This document shows, in pieces, positions 29,238-38,925 of a stretch of DNA of 64,000 nt. The stretch is taken from NCBI GenBank assembly GCA_963728735.1, contig CAVSLX010000013.1:79632-143631 (forward strand). Reading direction: 5' to 3'. This stretch comes from an uncultured Actinomycetes bacterium. Lineage in GTDB: Bacteria > Actinomycetota > UBA4738 > HRBIN12. Both the position numbers and the translations under genes were made by a program. A model generated the notes under the pieces. It searched no databases and was not told where the DNA came from. It saw only the letters and a list, made by a program, of their open reading frames with translations. The first letter of the stretch is position 1; each line of letters starts with the position of its first letter.

Positions 29238-29777
29238 TCAGGCGAGGGCCGCGATCCCCGCCTCCCACGCCGCGTCGAGGTCGGCCTCGGGGGGGAACCG
29301 CCCGTCGAGCTCGAGGATCGTCATGCCGTGCGCGAACGCCCACGACGCGCGCGCCTTCGCCTCGGACCCGGCGACCTGCACCACGGGCGCCGCCGTCCAC
29401 GCCTCGAGTCCGTCGGGCAACTGCGCTCTGGGGAGCTCTCCGGCGGTCGCGAGCCGGTACAGATGCGGATGCGCCGTCGCCCACGCGCGGTATGCGGAGG
29501 CGATCGCGGCAAGCGCACGGCGCCGCGGCGATCGAGCGGGCACCGAGGTGAGCGCCGCGTGCAGCGCGACCCCCATGCCCCGCAGCGCCTCGGCGGTCAG
29601 CAACACCTCGAGCTCGTCCTTGCCGGCGACGTGCTTGTAGAGCGACGGCGCCCTCATGCCGAGCCGGTCGGCGAGCGTCCGCATCGTGAGCCCGACCGGA
29701 CCCTCCTCCTCGTAGAGGACCCGGGCGGTCTCGACGATCTGCGCGAGCCGGGTCGGAACCTCGTTCGCGTCGCTCAC
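29238..29777 (-). CDS. TetR family transcriptional regulator
   Basis: HTH RLAQIVETARVLYEEEGPVGLTMRTLADRLGMRAPSLYKHV. Confidence 0.85.
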   Translation of the reverse strand: MSDANEVPTRLAQIVETARVLYEEEGPVGLTMRTLADRLGMRAPSLYKHVAGKDELEVLLTAEALRGMGVALHAALTSVPARSPRRRALAAIASAYRAWATAHPHLYRLATAGELPRAQLPDGLEAWTAAPVVQVAGSEAKARASWAFAHGMTILELDGRFPPEADLDAAWEAGIAALA

Positions 29778-30235
29778 GCGGCCGTCTGCGCGCGGACCTG
29801 GACCACCCGGCGGGCGAGCGCGTCGTTCACCGCGCGAAACATCGCGAGCGTGTCGACCTCGATCATCTTCCGCAGGAACGGCACGAGCAGCCCCCGGAAC
29901 CGCTCGCCCTGGACGAACCGGACCCGACCGGGCTCGATCACGTGGATCTCGAACCGGTGCTCACCGTCGAACAGCCCGGGCACGAAGAGGTGCCCGAGCC
30001 AGCGGAGCTCCCGCCCGGGCTCGACCGCGAGCACGGTCGGACGCATCGTCATCGCCCGCTTGCCCTTCGGTGTGAAGGTGATGGCCAGGCGAGTGCCGGC
30101 GACCGGCTCACCTTCGATGCGCGAGAAGCCCGGGTTCCACTCGCGGTGGGTCGCGAAGTCCGCGAGCACGGCCCACACCTCGTCGGCCGTCGCCGCGATC
30201 TCGATCTCGGAGCTGACCTCGTGCCGGAACGCCAT
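29774..30235 (-). CDS. SRPBCC (polyketide cyclase/dehydrase-like) family protein
   Basis: Start at MAFRHEVSSEIEIAATADEVWAVLADF. Overlaps the TetR start, forming an operon. Confidence 0.8.
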   Translation of the reverse strand: MAFRHEVSSEIEIAATADEVWAVLADFATHREWNPGFSRIEGEPVAGTRLAITFTPKGKRAMTMRPTVLAVEPGRELRWLGHLFVPGLFDGEHRFEIHVIEPGRVRFVQGERFRGLLVPFLRKMIEVDTLAMFRAVNDALARRVVQVRAQTAA

Positions 30236-30286
30236 GGTGCCCTCCCCTTCGTTGCCCGTCTCGTGGCCTTCGTGAATCAGCGGACG

Positions 30287-30335
30287 AGCTAACGCTGTTA
30301 GCCCCACCTCGGCAGGATAGCTAACAGCGTTAGCT
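30287..30335. promoter_or_regulatory. pair of inverted 16-bp palindrome-like sites (candidate TetR operator)
   Basis: AGCTAACGCTGTTAGC (30287-30302) and AGCTAACAGCGTTAGCT (30319-30335) lie in the 100-bp gap upstream of the SRPBCC-TetR operon. Confidence 0.5.
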
Positions 30336-30338
30336 TCG

Positions 30339-32417
30339 TCAAGTCGGCGAGGGGAGGCCGGCGATCGAGGCAGCGTGATCCGTGGAACCGAGGGGGGCCC
30401 GCTCCATGGCGAGGGCGCGGAACTCGTCGGCGGGCATCGGCCGCGCGAACCAGAAGCCCTGGGCGAAGCGGCAGCCGTTCGCCCGCAGGAACACGTATTC
30501 GCTCTCGGTCTCGATCCCTTCGGCGAGCGGCACCATGTCGAGGCTCTGCGCGACCTGGATCATCGCGCGCACCATGCCGGCCAGCCGCACGTCGCGGTCG
30601 ACGTTGCGGACGAACTCACGATCGATCTTCAAGACGTCGACCGGCATGTGCTTCAAGCGGGACAACGAGGAGTATCCCGTCCCGAAGTCGTCGATCGCGA
30701 GGCGGAGTCCCCAGGCGTGGAGATCCCGAAGCACCCGCTGCGTGCGCTCGGGGTCGGCCATGGCCGTGGACTCCGTGATCTCGGCGCAGATCTGCGAAGG
30801 CTCGACCCCCGCCTCCCGGAGGCGCTCGATGAGCCGCTCGGCGAGTCGGGGGGTCCACAGCTGCCGGGGCGACAGGTTGAACGACAGCTCGAGCTCGAGC
30901 CCCTCGTCGCGCCAGGAGCGATGCTGCCTCGCGACCTCGTCGATCACCCAGTCGCCGATCACCTCGATCAGCCCGAGCTCCTCGGCGAGAGGGATGAACT
31001 CCCCCGGTGGAACGATCCCGCCGCAGCCATCCTTCCAGCGGATCAGGGCCTCGGCGCCGACGATCCGGCGATCGTTCAGGTCGACGACCGGCTGGTAGTG
31101 CAGGACCCAGTCCTGCTCGTCGACGGCCTGGCGGAGCCTCGTCGCGAACGAGAGACGGGCCATCGCGTCGTCGTTGCTGGCGGCGAAGAACGCGTGGCCT
31201 CCTGGCTCGAGGCGCTTGGCCCGGTACATCGCGATGTCGGCGTTCTTGAGGAGCGTCTCGGTGTCGTGCGCGTCCCGCGGGAACACGCTGATGCCGATCG
31301 ATCCCCGGGCGTGGAACTCGACGCCGTGCAGCACGAACGGCTCGTCCAGCGCCTCGTGCACGCGCCGGGCGACCCGCTCGATCGCATCGTCGGCATCGCG
31401 ATCGAGGTCGGCGATCACCATCAGGAACTCATCGCCCCCCTGCCGCGCGACGAGGTCCGTGTCACGGGTACAGGTCCTGAGGCGATCGGCAAGGGTCGTG
31501 AGGAGCTGGTCGCCCGCGTGGTGGCCGAGCGAGTCGTTCACGAGCTTGAAGTTGTCGAGGTCGAGGTAGAGCACGGCGACGATCGTGCCGTCGCGTTTCC
31601 CGCGTTCGACGGCCAGCGTGAGGGTCTCCTCGAAGAGCAGACGGTTCGCGAGACCGGTGAGCCCGTCGTGGAACGCCATGTGCGCGATGCGCGCCTCGGC
31701 CTCCTTCAGCTCCGTCACGTCGAATAGGAGTCCGTGCTCCCACCGCATGTGGCCTTCGTCGTCACGCACGGCGTAGGCGCGGTCGCGGATCCACACGACC
31801 CGGCCGTCGGAGCGAACCATCCGGTAGTCGGAGAGGTCGCCGCCGACGCCGGCGATGAACGCCTCGCTCTCGGCGGCGACCGATGCGCGATCGTCCGGAT
31901 GCACCATGCGGAGCCACATGTCGGGATCCTCGCGATAGGCCTCCGGCGCGACGCCGAGGATCTCCTCGATCTGCGGACTCACGTACGTGGTGATCCTGCC
32001 GTCGTCGGCGTAGACGACCGCAGGGATTTGCTCGACGAGGCTCCGGTACCTCGCCTCGGCCTCGGTGAGCGCGAGCTCTGCCTCACGGCCCGCAAGCAGG
32101 GAGCGCGCGTCGCGGATGGACACGACGACCTGCCGATCGTCGAGGCGTCGGACGCGCACCTCCACGGGGAGCTCCGCCCCGTCGGCCCGTCGAAGCATCG
32201 CTTCGAACGGCACCTCGTCCTCGGGGGGCTGACGCCAATCCGGCACGACGTCGCCGATCGGGAGGCCCGCGGGGTCGAGGCCGAGGAGCGAGCACGCGCC
32301 TTCGTTCGCAGCCTCGACCCGGCCGTTGACCAGCACGAAGAGCGCCTCCGGAGCGGCGGCGAAGAGGCGTCCTTGGTCCACGGACGCGGAAGGGGAGCCC
32401 GGTTCGTTCGTGCGCAC
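30339..32417 (-). CDS. PAS-PAS-GGDEF-EAL signalling protein (diguanylate cyclase/phosphodiesterase)
   Basis: GGDEF motif intact (ARQGGDEFLM). EAL motif intact (GAEALIRW) with DDFGTGYSSL. Two PAS domains. GTG start assumed. The N-terminal 580 codons of ORF 30339..34157 are out-of-frame junk. Confidence 0.8.
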   Translation of the reverse strand: MRTNEPGSPSASVDQGRLFAAAPEALFVLVNGRVEAANEGACSLLGLDPAGLPIGDVVPDWRQPPEDEVPFEAMLRRADGAELPVEVRVRRLDDRQVVVSIRDARSLLAGREAELALTEAEARYRSLVEQIPAVVYADDGRITTYVSPQIEEILGVAPEAYREDPDMWLRMVHPDDRASVAAESEAFIAGVGGDLSDYRMVRSDGRVVWIRDRAYAVRDDEGHMRWEHGLLFDVTELKEAEARIAHMAFHDGLTGLANRLLFEETLTLAVERGKRDGTIVAVLYLDLDNFKLVNDSLGHHAGDQLLTTLADRLRTCTRDTDLVARQGGDEFLMVIADLDRDADDAIERVARRVHEALDEPFVLHGVEFHARGSIGISVFPRDAHDTETLLKNADIAMYRAKRLEPGGHAFFAASNDDAMARLSFATRLRQAVDEQDWVLHYQPVVDLNDRRIVGAEALIRWKDGCGGIVPPGEFIPLAEELGLIEVIGDWVIDEVARQHRSWRDEGLELELSFNLSPRQLWTPRLAERLIERLREAGVEPSQICAEITESTAMADPERTQRVLRDLHAWGLRLAIDDFGTGYSSLSRLKHMPVDVLKIDREFVRNVDRDVRLAGMVRAMIQVAQSLDMVPLAEGIETESEYVFLRANGCRFAQGFWFARPMPADEFRALAMERAPLGSTDHAASIAGLPSPT

Positions 32418-32494
32418 TTCACCGGAAGCATCGGAGGGCCGCCGAGCCGACCTGAGCGCCGACGCGAAGAAGGACGCCGAAAAGAGGACAAGGA

Positions 32495-34126
32495 CTAGCC
32501 GGTCGGCGACACCGTCGGCGTGGTGCTCACCGTCGGCGCGGTCGAGGCGGTCGCCGAGCTCACCGGTGAGGGCGTCGCGCTCGCGTTCGGGGCCACCGAT
32601 GGCTCCGGCGCGAGCGTCGGCTCCGGCAGGGGAGCGACCGGCACGCTCGAGCCCGGCACCGCGAGGATCGTGCAGCCAGCGTCGACGGAGCCGACGGGTG
32701 CGCACGATGGCGCCGGGTCGTCGCCGAACCAGATCAGGACCGAGAAGTACGCGGCCCGCGCGTCCATCGCGACGGTCTGGGTGAGCTCGATGCGTCCTTC
32801 GCGGTCGCCCGTCGCGCTCACGCGGCCGATCAGGGTCGCCGGCGCCTCTGCCGTCGAGAACGTGCGGAACTCCGCCCACATCGTCTCGTCCGAGGCAACG
32901 TCGTCGGCGAGCACGCTGATCGTCGCCGAGACCGGCAGGCGGGTGCCCAGGAACGAGATCGTCGGGGCCGGCACCGAGGGTGAGCCTCGTCCCGCGAGCA
33001 AGATGGGCGCGACGACGCCGAGCACGATCGCGAGCGCGGCGAGCGTGGCCACCGCGGTCGTCGCCCACTCGGTGAAGACGATCTGTCGCCGCGTCGCCTC
33101 GCGCACCTCGAGGGTGTCGTTCAGGTTGTCCTCGTGGGCCGCCGGGCGGCTCAGCGTGAAGGCGGCGACCGTGGCCGCGGCCGCGATGCAGACGGCCGAT
33201 GCGGCGAGGGTCCACGGCACCTCTCGCGCGACGAAGCCGAGCGCACCGGTGATCCACGCGAGCCCGAGAAGGATCGCCGTCGCCCCGAGTACGCCGGCGA
33301 TCAACCATCGGAGCCTCGTCTCGACTCGGCGGAGGGACTCGAGCGGCGACCAGGTCGAGGACGCGATGTCCTCGTACAGCGCCTCGCGCCCGGCTAGCGG
33401 CACCCCATAGACCTCGACCGGTTCCGGGCCTCGGGGAGCGGAGAACACCAGCCGGTGGGTCACCGGCGGCTCCCCCTCGGCGACCGGGCACTCCACGACG
33501 ACGCGCCAAGGATCGACCTCGTCGTCGCGCGGTGCGGGGACGGTCGGGGTGGTACGGATCGCGTCGGAGAGCTCCTCGACGTCGGTCCCGGCCTCGGCGA
33601 GCTGGGTCGAGAGATCGGCGAGGCGGTAGACGCCCTCGGGCGTGCTCGTCGCACGACGAACCGGCGTCCGCTCGAGGAGGCGCGAGGTCGAGGCGCCCGT
33701 CGAAGGAGCCGCGTCGGCATCGTCTGTCCCTGCCAGCACGACGAGCTCGCTCGCATCGGTGGACCGATAGAGATCGTCGACCACAGGCACGCTGGCACGC
33801 AGATCGTCGATCTCGTAGAGCCCGGGCGCCCGGTCGACGCGGCCCGACGCCATCAGCAAGATCTCGCCGTCGCGGGGTGACGGATCGCCCGTAAGCACCC
33901 GGTTCACGGCCCGCCGACGATCGATCGGATCGCGCTCTCCGAGGGCGGCCACACGGCGCACGACGTCCTCGGTGGTACCCAGGTAGGCGGTGGTCCTCGG
34001 GGTGAGCTGGCGCTCGAGACGCACCTGCGCCGTCACGTTCACGGACTCGAGCGTGTCGCCTCGAGCATGGCTCGGGTGGGCGCACAGGTAGCGGGTCACA
34101 GGGGCTCCTTCGACAACGGGAGCCAC
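32495..34126 (-). CDS. hypothetical membrane protein
   Basis: 543 aa with a balanced composition, two central TM helices, and a Pro/Ala/Ser-rich C-terminus. Confidence 0.55.
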   Translation of the reverse strand: MAPVVEGAPVTRYLCAHPSHARGDTLESVNVTAQVRLERQLTPRTTAYLGTTEDVVRRVAALGERDPIDRRRAVNRVLTGDPSPRDGEILLMASGRVDRAPGLYEIDDLRASVPVVDDLYRSTDASELVVLAGTDDADAAPSTGASTSRLLERTPVRRATSTPEGVYRLADLSTQLAEAGTDVEELSDAIRTTPTVPAPRDDEVDPWRVVVECPVAEGEPPVTHRLVFSAPRGPEPVEVYGVPLAGREALYEDIASSTWSPLESLRRVETRLRWLIAGVLGATAILLGLAWITGALGFVAREVPWTLAASAVCIAAAATVAAFTLSRPAAHEDNLNDTLEVREATRRQIVFTEWATTAVATLAALAIVLGVVAPILLAGRGSPSVPAPTISFLGTRLPVSATISVLADDVASDETMWAEFRTFSTAEAPATLIGRVSATGDREGRIELTQTVAMDARAAYFSVLIWFGDDPAPSCAPVGSVDAGCTILAVPGSSVPVAPLPEPTLAPEPSVAPNASATPSPVSSATASTAPTVSTTPTVSPTG

Positions 34127-34205
34127 ACGCTACCCCCGACCGATGGTTCCCCGCCACCCTCGGGCCACCCTCGGGCCACCCCCTCGGGGAGGCCGAGTGG
34201 GTCGC

Positions 34206-34400
34206 CTACGCGGAGTAGATCGCGGCGATCTCAGCGCCGCGCTGGGTGACCTTCTCGATACGGGTCCACGGGAACAAGACGCGGACGGTCTCCTCGCCAT
34301 CGCGCTCCCGGACCTCGACCCCGAGCGGCGTCATCTTCACGTCGGCGTCGCCGTCGAAAAGCACCTCTTTCCCACCGACGAGATGGACCTCGGTCTTCAT
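34206..34400 (-). CDS. hypothetical small protein
   Basis: 64 aa (MKTEVHLVGGKEVLFDGDADVKMTPLGVEV...). GGGAGGG Shine-Dalgarno 5 nt upstream of the ATG. Confidence 0.4.
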   Translation of the reverse strand: MKTEVHLVGGKEVLFDGDADVKMTPLGVEVRERDGEETVRVLFPWTRIEKVTQRGAEIAAIYSA

Positions 34401-34932
34401 CCGACCCTCCCTGTTGCCGTATCCCTGTTGTCTTCCAGGGCGGCTCATGGGCCGCTCCTCGCCGAGTATGCGCGGGACCGTTCGGTCCGCGCCAGGGCCG
34501 AAGGTCGAGAGGTCGGGAGCGAACGCGGGATCAGGCGGCGACGCGGGGCGGCTGTGGAACCTCCCCGGGAACCGGCTGGTCGGGGTCGGGAGGCACCTCG
34601 TCGGGGCCGGGGCGAGGTTCGGTCGGGTCTGGATTCGGCACCGGCGTCGGCACCGGCCCGGGCTCCGGTATCGGCACGGGGCCAGGCGCAGGACCGGGCT
34701 CCTGCGAGGGGTTCGGTCTCGGCGAGGGGCCCGGGCTCGGCGAAGGCTCGGGCGTTCCCGGTCGCCCAACGTCGCCGGCCATCTCACCACCCGGTCCGCG
34801 GATCACCTCGTCCCGCCGTAGGCGGATCGTCGTCAACACCGGCATCGTCGCCACCTCCGAGCTCATGGGTTGGTCGGGAAGGGGTTTCCCCGTACCCCGG
34901 CGGCGGAAACGTCCGCCAGGTCGACGATCGGC

Positions 34933-35796
34933 TCAGTCGAGAGGCGCGCGGCGCCGGCGCTGGCCCGTTTTGCGCGGAACGGAGCCCGCGACCTTCGCAG
35001 CCGTCGGTCCGCCCGCGGGCGCGCCGACCGGCTCACGCTCGTCGGTGCCTTCGGCCTGGATCGCGTCGGAACCCTCGTGTCGGGCCTCGACCGCCTCGTC
35101 GGCTCGATCGGTCTCGACCGCGTCCTCGGCGGCGGCGGGGACCGGCGAGCGCTTGGACGAGCGTCGGTTCCGCCGGCTGGCGGGCTGCCGCTTGGTCCGG
35201 GCACCCGCGGGCTCCGTCGCGGTTGGGGATCCGTCGCTTCCCGTGGCGGCGGCGGTCGCCGCGGCTGGCTCCACGTCGATGACGATCACGTCGTCGGCCG
35301 CCTCGCCGCTCACGAGCGCCGGATCGGCCTCCTCGATGTCGGGGCGGAGCGGCACCTGCGTGCCGATCGACGCCTCGGCGAGCATCCGTTCGTATTCGAG
35401 CACCCGGTGCCACGGCACGGTCACGCGACGGAACACCGCACGCTCCGATTCGGGCTCGACGCGGTCGGGCACGAGCATCGAGATGCTCCACGGCCCCACC
35501 TCGAAGCGGTCGGCCGGCACGCGATGCTCCTCGGCGCCGCCGTCCTCCGACGTCGTGAGCACGCGCACGAGGAGCTGGCGCAGCCGCGGAAGATCCCCTT
35601 CGCCCGCGTGTTCGACCACCTCCCACTCGTAGGAGACGAGGCGACGCCAGGGGTAGAAGGTCGAGCCGACCGCCACGCCGCGTTCCGAGGTCTCGAGTTC
35701 GGCGAGGGAGAGCTCGCGAACGACGTCGTCGCCGCCCCACACGTCCACGAGGCGGAGACGGACCTTGACGACCTGCGATGAGGGGACGTCGACCAT
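34933..35796 (-). CDS. conserved hypothetical protein with disordered C-terminal tail
   Basis: 287 aa from MVDVPSSQVVKVRL. Globular N-terminal 170 aa, then an acidic, low-complexity tail. The N-terminal part of ORF 34933..36807 is junk. Confidence 0.5.
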   Translation of the reverse strand: MVDVPSSQVVKVRLRLVDVWGGDDVVRELSLAELETSERGVAVGSTFYPWRRLVSYEWEVVEHAGEGDLPRLRQLLVRVLTTSEDGGAEEHRVPADRFEVGPWSISMLVPDRVEPESERAVFRRVTVPWHRVLEYERMLAEASIGTQVPLRPDIEEADPALVSGEAADDVIVIDVEPAAATAAATGSDGSPTATEPAGARTKRQPASRRNRRSSKRSPVPAAAEDAVETDRADEAVEARHEGSDAIQAEGTDEREPVGAPAGGPTAAKVAGSVPRKTGQRRRRAPLD

Positions 35797-35922
35797 GAAC
35801 GACCACGGTACCGCGAGCCGGACCCGGCCGATACCGCCGAACGGCCCCGTCGCCCGGCCCAAGGGCGCGTCGCCTGGCCCCGCCGCCCACTCCCTTCGGA
35901 GCGACGTGTCTATGCTCGATGC

Positions 35923-36801
35923 GTGACGCTGTTCAGCGAGGAGCCCGTCGACGGCCAGCTCGTCGCGCCGGTGCTCGTTGCCGCCTTCGACGGGTGGGTC
36001 GACGCCGCCGGCGCGTCCAGCGCCGCAGTCGATCACCTCGCGCGCGGCGGAGAGCTCGTGGCGGCGTTCGACGGCGACATCTTGTTCGACTACCGCTCCC
36101 GCCGTCCGGTGCTCGACATCGTCGACGGCACCCTGGAGCGTCTCGAATGGCCGGCGTTGTCGATCCACCGGGTCCGCACCCCCGGTCGCGACCTCCTCGT
36201 GCTCCACGGGGCCGAACCGGACTTCCGGTGGCGGGAGCTGGGCGACGATCTGCTCGCGCTCTCGCTGCGCCACGGCGTCGTCGAGTGGGTCAGTCTCGGG
36301 GCGATCCCCGCCGCCGTTCCCCACACGCGTCCCGTGCCGGTGATGGCGACGGCCTCCGCGGAGGGGCTGCTCCACGAGGCCGAGTTCCAAGGGCCGCCGG
36401 GACTGCTCCGCGTCCCGAGCGCATGTCTGTCGGCGGTCGAGCTTGCCGTGTCGGGGTCGGGCGTGCCGGCCACGGGCTTCTATGCCCAGGTCCCGCACTA
36501 CGTCGGGGGGCCGTACGCGGCCGCGACCGCGGCGCTCCTGGACCATCTCGCTCGCCACCTCGGCGTCGAGCTCCCGATGGGGGCGTTCGCGGAGGACGCC
36601 GCGAGCCAGCGTGAGCGGCTCGACATGGCGGTGGAGGCAGACGAGGACGTGCGCGGGATCCTCGAGCAACTCGAGAGCGTCGGCGACGCCGAGCTGCCGA
36701 GCGGCGACGAGCTCGCCGCCGAGATCGAACGGTTCCTGCGGGATCGACCGGGCGACGCGGGGCCCGGCACGATGCCCGGTCCCGGCGGCTCGGGCGCCTG
36801 A
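35923..36801 (+). CDS. PAC2 (proteasome assembly chaperone 2-like) family protein
   Basis: 292 aa resembling actinobacterial PAC2-family proteins (LVAAFDGWVDAAGASSAAV...). Confidence 0.75.
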   Translation: MTLFSEEPVDGQLVAPVLVAAFDGWVDAAGASSAAVDHLARGGELVAAFDGDILFDYRSRRPVLDIVDGTLERLEWPALSIHRVRTPGRDLLVLHGAEPDFRWRELGDDLLALSLRHGVVEWVSLGAIPAAVPHTRPVPVMATASAEGLLHEAEFQGPPGLLRVPSACLSAVELAVSGSGVPATGFYAQVPHYVGGPYAAATAALLDHLARHLGVELPMGAFAEDAASQRERLDMAVEADEDVRGILEQLESVGDAELPSGDELAAEIERFLRDRPGDAGPGTMPGPGGSGA

Positions 36802-36825
36802 CGACATCCCGCAGGTCGCGTTCGT

Positions 36826-37548
36826 TCAGCTCGTTCGCACCGCTCGCCCTTCGGGTCCCGCTCGCTCCCGCAGGTCCGCGATGAGGCGCGGGTCGTCGCC
36901 CACCGCGTCGAGGTGACGCGCGAGATCGGCGAACGAGGCGACGATCATCCCGTCCACCCGATCGGCGCCGCGGACGAGATCGGCGAACCCGGCCGTCCCC
37001 GCGGGAACGAACGCGAGGTCGAGGTCGCCGTCCGCCGTCGTGAGCGACCATGCGTCGCGCGACCGCAGGCCGGCCGGGGATCGATCGAGCGGCAACGAAC
37101 CGGTGCCGTCGTCCACGCACCGGCGCGCGCGAACCTCCTCGAGGGCCGCGGCGAGGAGCTCCAACCCGTCGAGGCTCGCGTCGGGGACGAGGAGGGGCAC
37201 GAGCACGTCGACGGCGACCCCCCGCAGGGCGGCCCCGGCGCGCCCGGCGAGCACGAAGGGGACGCCGGCCGCGGCGAGCGCGCGGACCGGCGGTGGAGGC
37301 CTCCAGCGCCCGCTCGTCGGCGACCTCGGGTGGTCGGAGGCCGGATCCACATCCGGCTCCGCGAGCCGCACGCGCACGGTCAATCCGCACGCGGCCACGA
37401 GCTCGCCCACGCGCCGGAACGAAGGTTCCGTCGCGCCGGCTTCGAGCCGGGCGATCGCCGACTGGGTGGTGCCGGCGCGACCCGCGAGCGCCGATTGGGT
37501 GAGGCCAGCGCGCAGGCGGGCCTCCCTGACGAGCACCGCTGCTCGCAT
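36826..37548 (-). CDS. XRE family transcriptional regulator
   Basis: N-terminal HTH (LREARLRAGLTQSALAGRAGTTQSAIARLE). Confidence 0.7.
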   Translation of the reverse strand: MRAAVLVREARLRAGLTQSALAGRAGTTQSAIARLEAGATEPSFRRVGELVAACGLTVRVRLAEPDVDPASDHPRSPTSGRWRPPPPVRALAAAGVPFVLAGRAGAALRGVAVDVLVPLLVPDASLDGLELLAAALEEVRARRCVDDGTGSLPLDRSPAGLRSRDAWSLTTADGDLDLAFVPAGTAGFADLVRGADRVDGMIVASFADLARHLDAVGDDPRLIADLRERAGPEGRAVRTS

Positions 37549-37639
37549 GAAGAGAGCATAGCGCGCTTCTGAGATGCTTTAGATAGCGTTTCGGATATGT
37601 TCATGGGAGTCCGGATCTTGACGATCGAAACCGGGGCGC

Positions 37640-37880
37640 CGATTGATGGAGGGGTTCGGGCCGTGCTAGCGTCCGCTCGCTACCGCGTCGCTGGGGCGAA
37701 GTCCGGTGAGAATCCGGCGCTGTCCCGCAACGGTGAAGCCGCCTCGCTGGCGGACGAGCCCGGTCGACTCCCTCGACGCTCTGGCTGAACGGACCCTCGA
37801 GGGATGGGGGACGCGGCCGCCCGGCCATCCGGGCCTTCCGCCCTTTCCGCTCCCGGCTCCGTTCCGGATGGGCGCGCGGA
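37640..37880 (+). ncRNA. cobalamin (B12) riboswitch, candidate
   Basis: The conserved core GGGGCGAAGTCCGGTGAGAATCCGGCGCTGTCCCGCAACGGTGAAGCC (37694-37740) matches the cobalamin riboswitch consensus (GGTGxGAATCC...GCTGxCxCGCAaCGGTrA). A possible B12-box-like AGCCCGG segment follows downstream. It sits directly 5' of the operon that starts at 37901. Confidence 0.65.
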
Positions 37881-37900
37881 CGCCCGGAAAGGAGCGCCGG

Positions 37901-38920
37901 ATGCCCCGGCTCGCTCGGCGGCTCGTGGCCGCCCCCCTGTTGTCCTTGATCCTCGCGGTGCCCGCGATCGTCCCGATCGAGGGCACCGCGGATGCTGCGC
38001 TGCGTGACGGCGAACGCGCGCGACGTGCGATCGGCTTCATCGCTGCGCAGCAGAACGCGAACGGCTCGATCCCGGCGTTCTCGCCGATCGGCTCGACCGC
38101 CGATGCGGTGCTCGCGATCGTCGCCGCCGGCACCGGCCGCCCGGCGCTGCGTTCGGCGCTCGGCTACCTCAGCCGGCAAGTGGCTCGCGGCAACGTCGTC
38201 GGCATCGGGCTCCGCTCCAAGGTCGTGCTCGCGTTCGCCGCAGCGGGCATGCCGACGACCGACATCGGTGGCGAGAACCTCGTGCACGACATCCGCTCGG
38301 CGTACCGCGACGGCCTCTCGCCGATCGTGTTCGACACCGCGCTCGCCGTGCTCGCGCTGGAGGCCGCCGGCGCGTCGGTGCCGCCGGCCGCAACCGACTT
38401 CCTGCTCGACAACCGATGCCCCGACGGGGGTTGGCCGTACGACGCCTACGACGCCGCCGCCGAGGATGACCACTGTTCGGCGGGCGCGGGCGACTTCTAC
38501 CTCTCGGACACGAACTCGACGGCGCTCGCGGTGATGGCCCTCGAGGCCGAGGCAACCGTCGCGCGACGGGGGTCGGGCGTTGCGGCCTCGTTCGACTTCT
38601 TCGCCGCGATCCGCGACGACCTCTACGGTGGCTGGGGCTACACGTGGGGCTTCGAGACGACCGACGCGAACTCCACCGCGCTCGTGATCCAGGCCCACGT
38701 CGCCGCCGGCAGGCGCATCCCGGACGGGGCGAAGGATGCCCTTCGCTCGCTGCAGTACGCGCGATGCGGCGCCTTCGCCTTCACGTTCACCGACGGTGCG
38801 AGGACCGACCCCGACATCGGCGCGACCATCGGCGCCGTGCCCGGCCTGCTCGGGCTCGCGATGCCGTTCGTCGGATCCGTCGAGGGTGCGGCGCCCGAGA
38901 CGCCGAGCTGCGGGGGATAG
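37901..38920 (+). CDS. secreted prenyltransferase/squalene-oxidase-repeat (alpha/alpha-barrel) protein, putative corrinoid-binding
   Basis: Signal peptide MPRLARRLVAAPLLSLILAVPAIV. AAGGAG Shine-Dalgarno. Repeated (A/G)x(L/A)(A/V)(L/I) alpha-hairpin pattern. The first 65 codons of ORF 37706..38920 belong to the riboswitch leader. Confidence 0.8.
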   Translation: MPRLARRLVAAPLLSLILAVPAIVPIEGTADAALRDGERARRAIGFIAAQQNANGSIPAFSPIGSTADAVLAIVAAGTGRPALRSALGYLSRQVARGNVVGIGLRSKVVLAFAAAGMPTTDIGGENLVHDIRSAYRDGLSPIVFDTALAVLALEAAGASVPPAATDFLLDNRCPDGGWPYDAYDAAAEDDHCSAGAGDFYLSDTNSTALAVMALEAEATVARRGSGVAASFDFFAAIRDDLYGGWGYTWGFETTDANSTALVIQAHVAAGRRIPDGAKDALRSLQYARCGAFAFTFTDGARTDPDIGATIGAVPGLLGLAMPFVGSVEGAAPETPSCGG

Positions 38921-38925
38921 GGGGC

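Noticed and set aside
30339-34157. Single 1272-aa ORF 30339..34157(-)
   Set aside because: Only the C-terminal 692 codons (PAS-PAS-GGDEF-EAL) are coherent. The N-terminal 580 codons are Arg/Gly/Asp-rich. They run out of frame across the genuine 543-aa membrane protein ORF 32495..34126.
34531-34866. 111-aa proline-rich ORF (PGPSPRPNPSQEPGPAPGPVPIPEPGPVPTPVPNPDP)
   Set aside because: It could be a real Pro-rich linker protein. But PG/PE repeats are also what CCN/GGN-rich DNA yields in any frame, and there is no SD or domain. Not reported as a feature.
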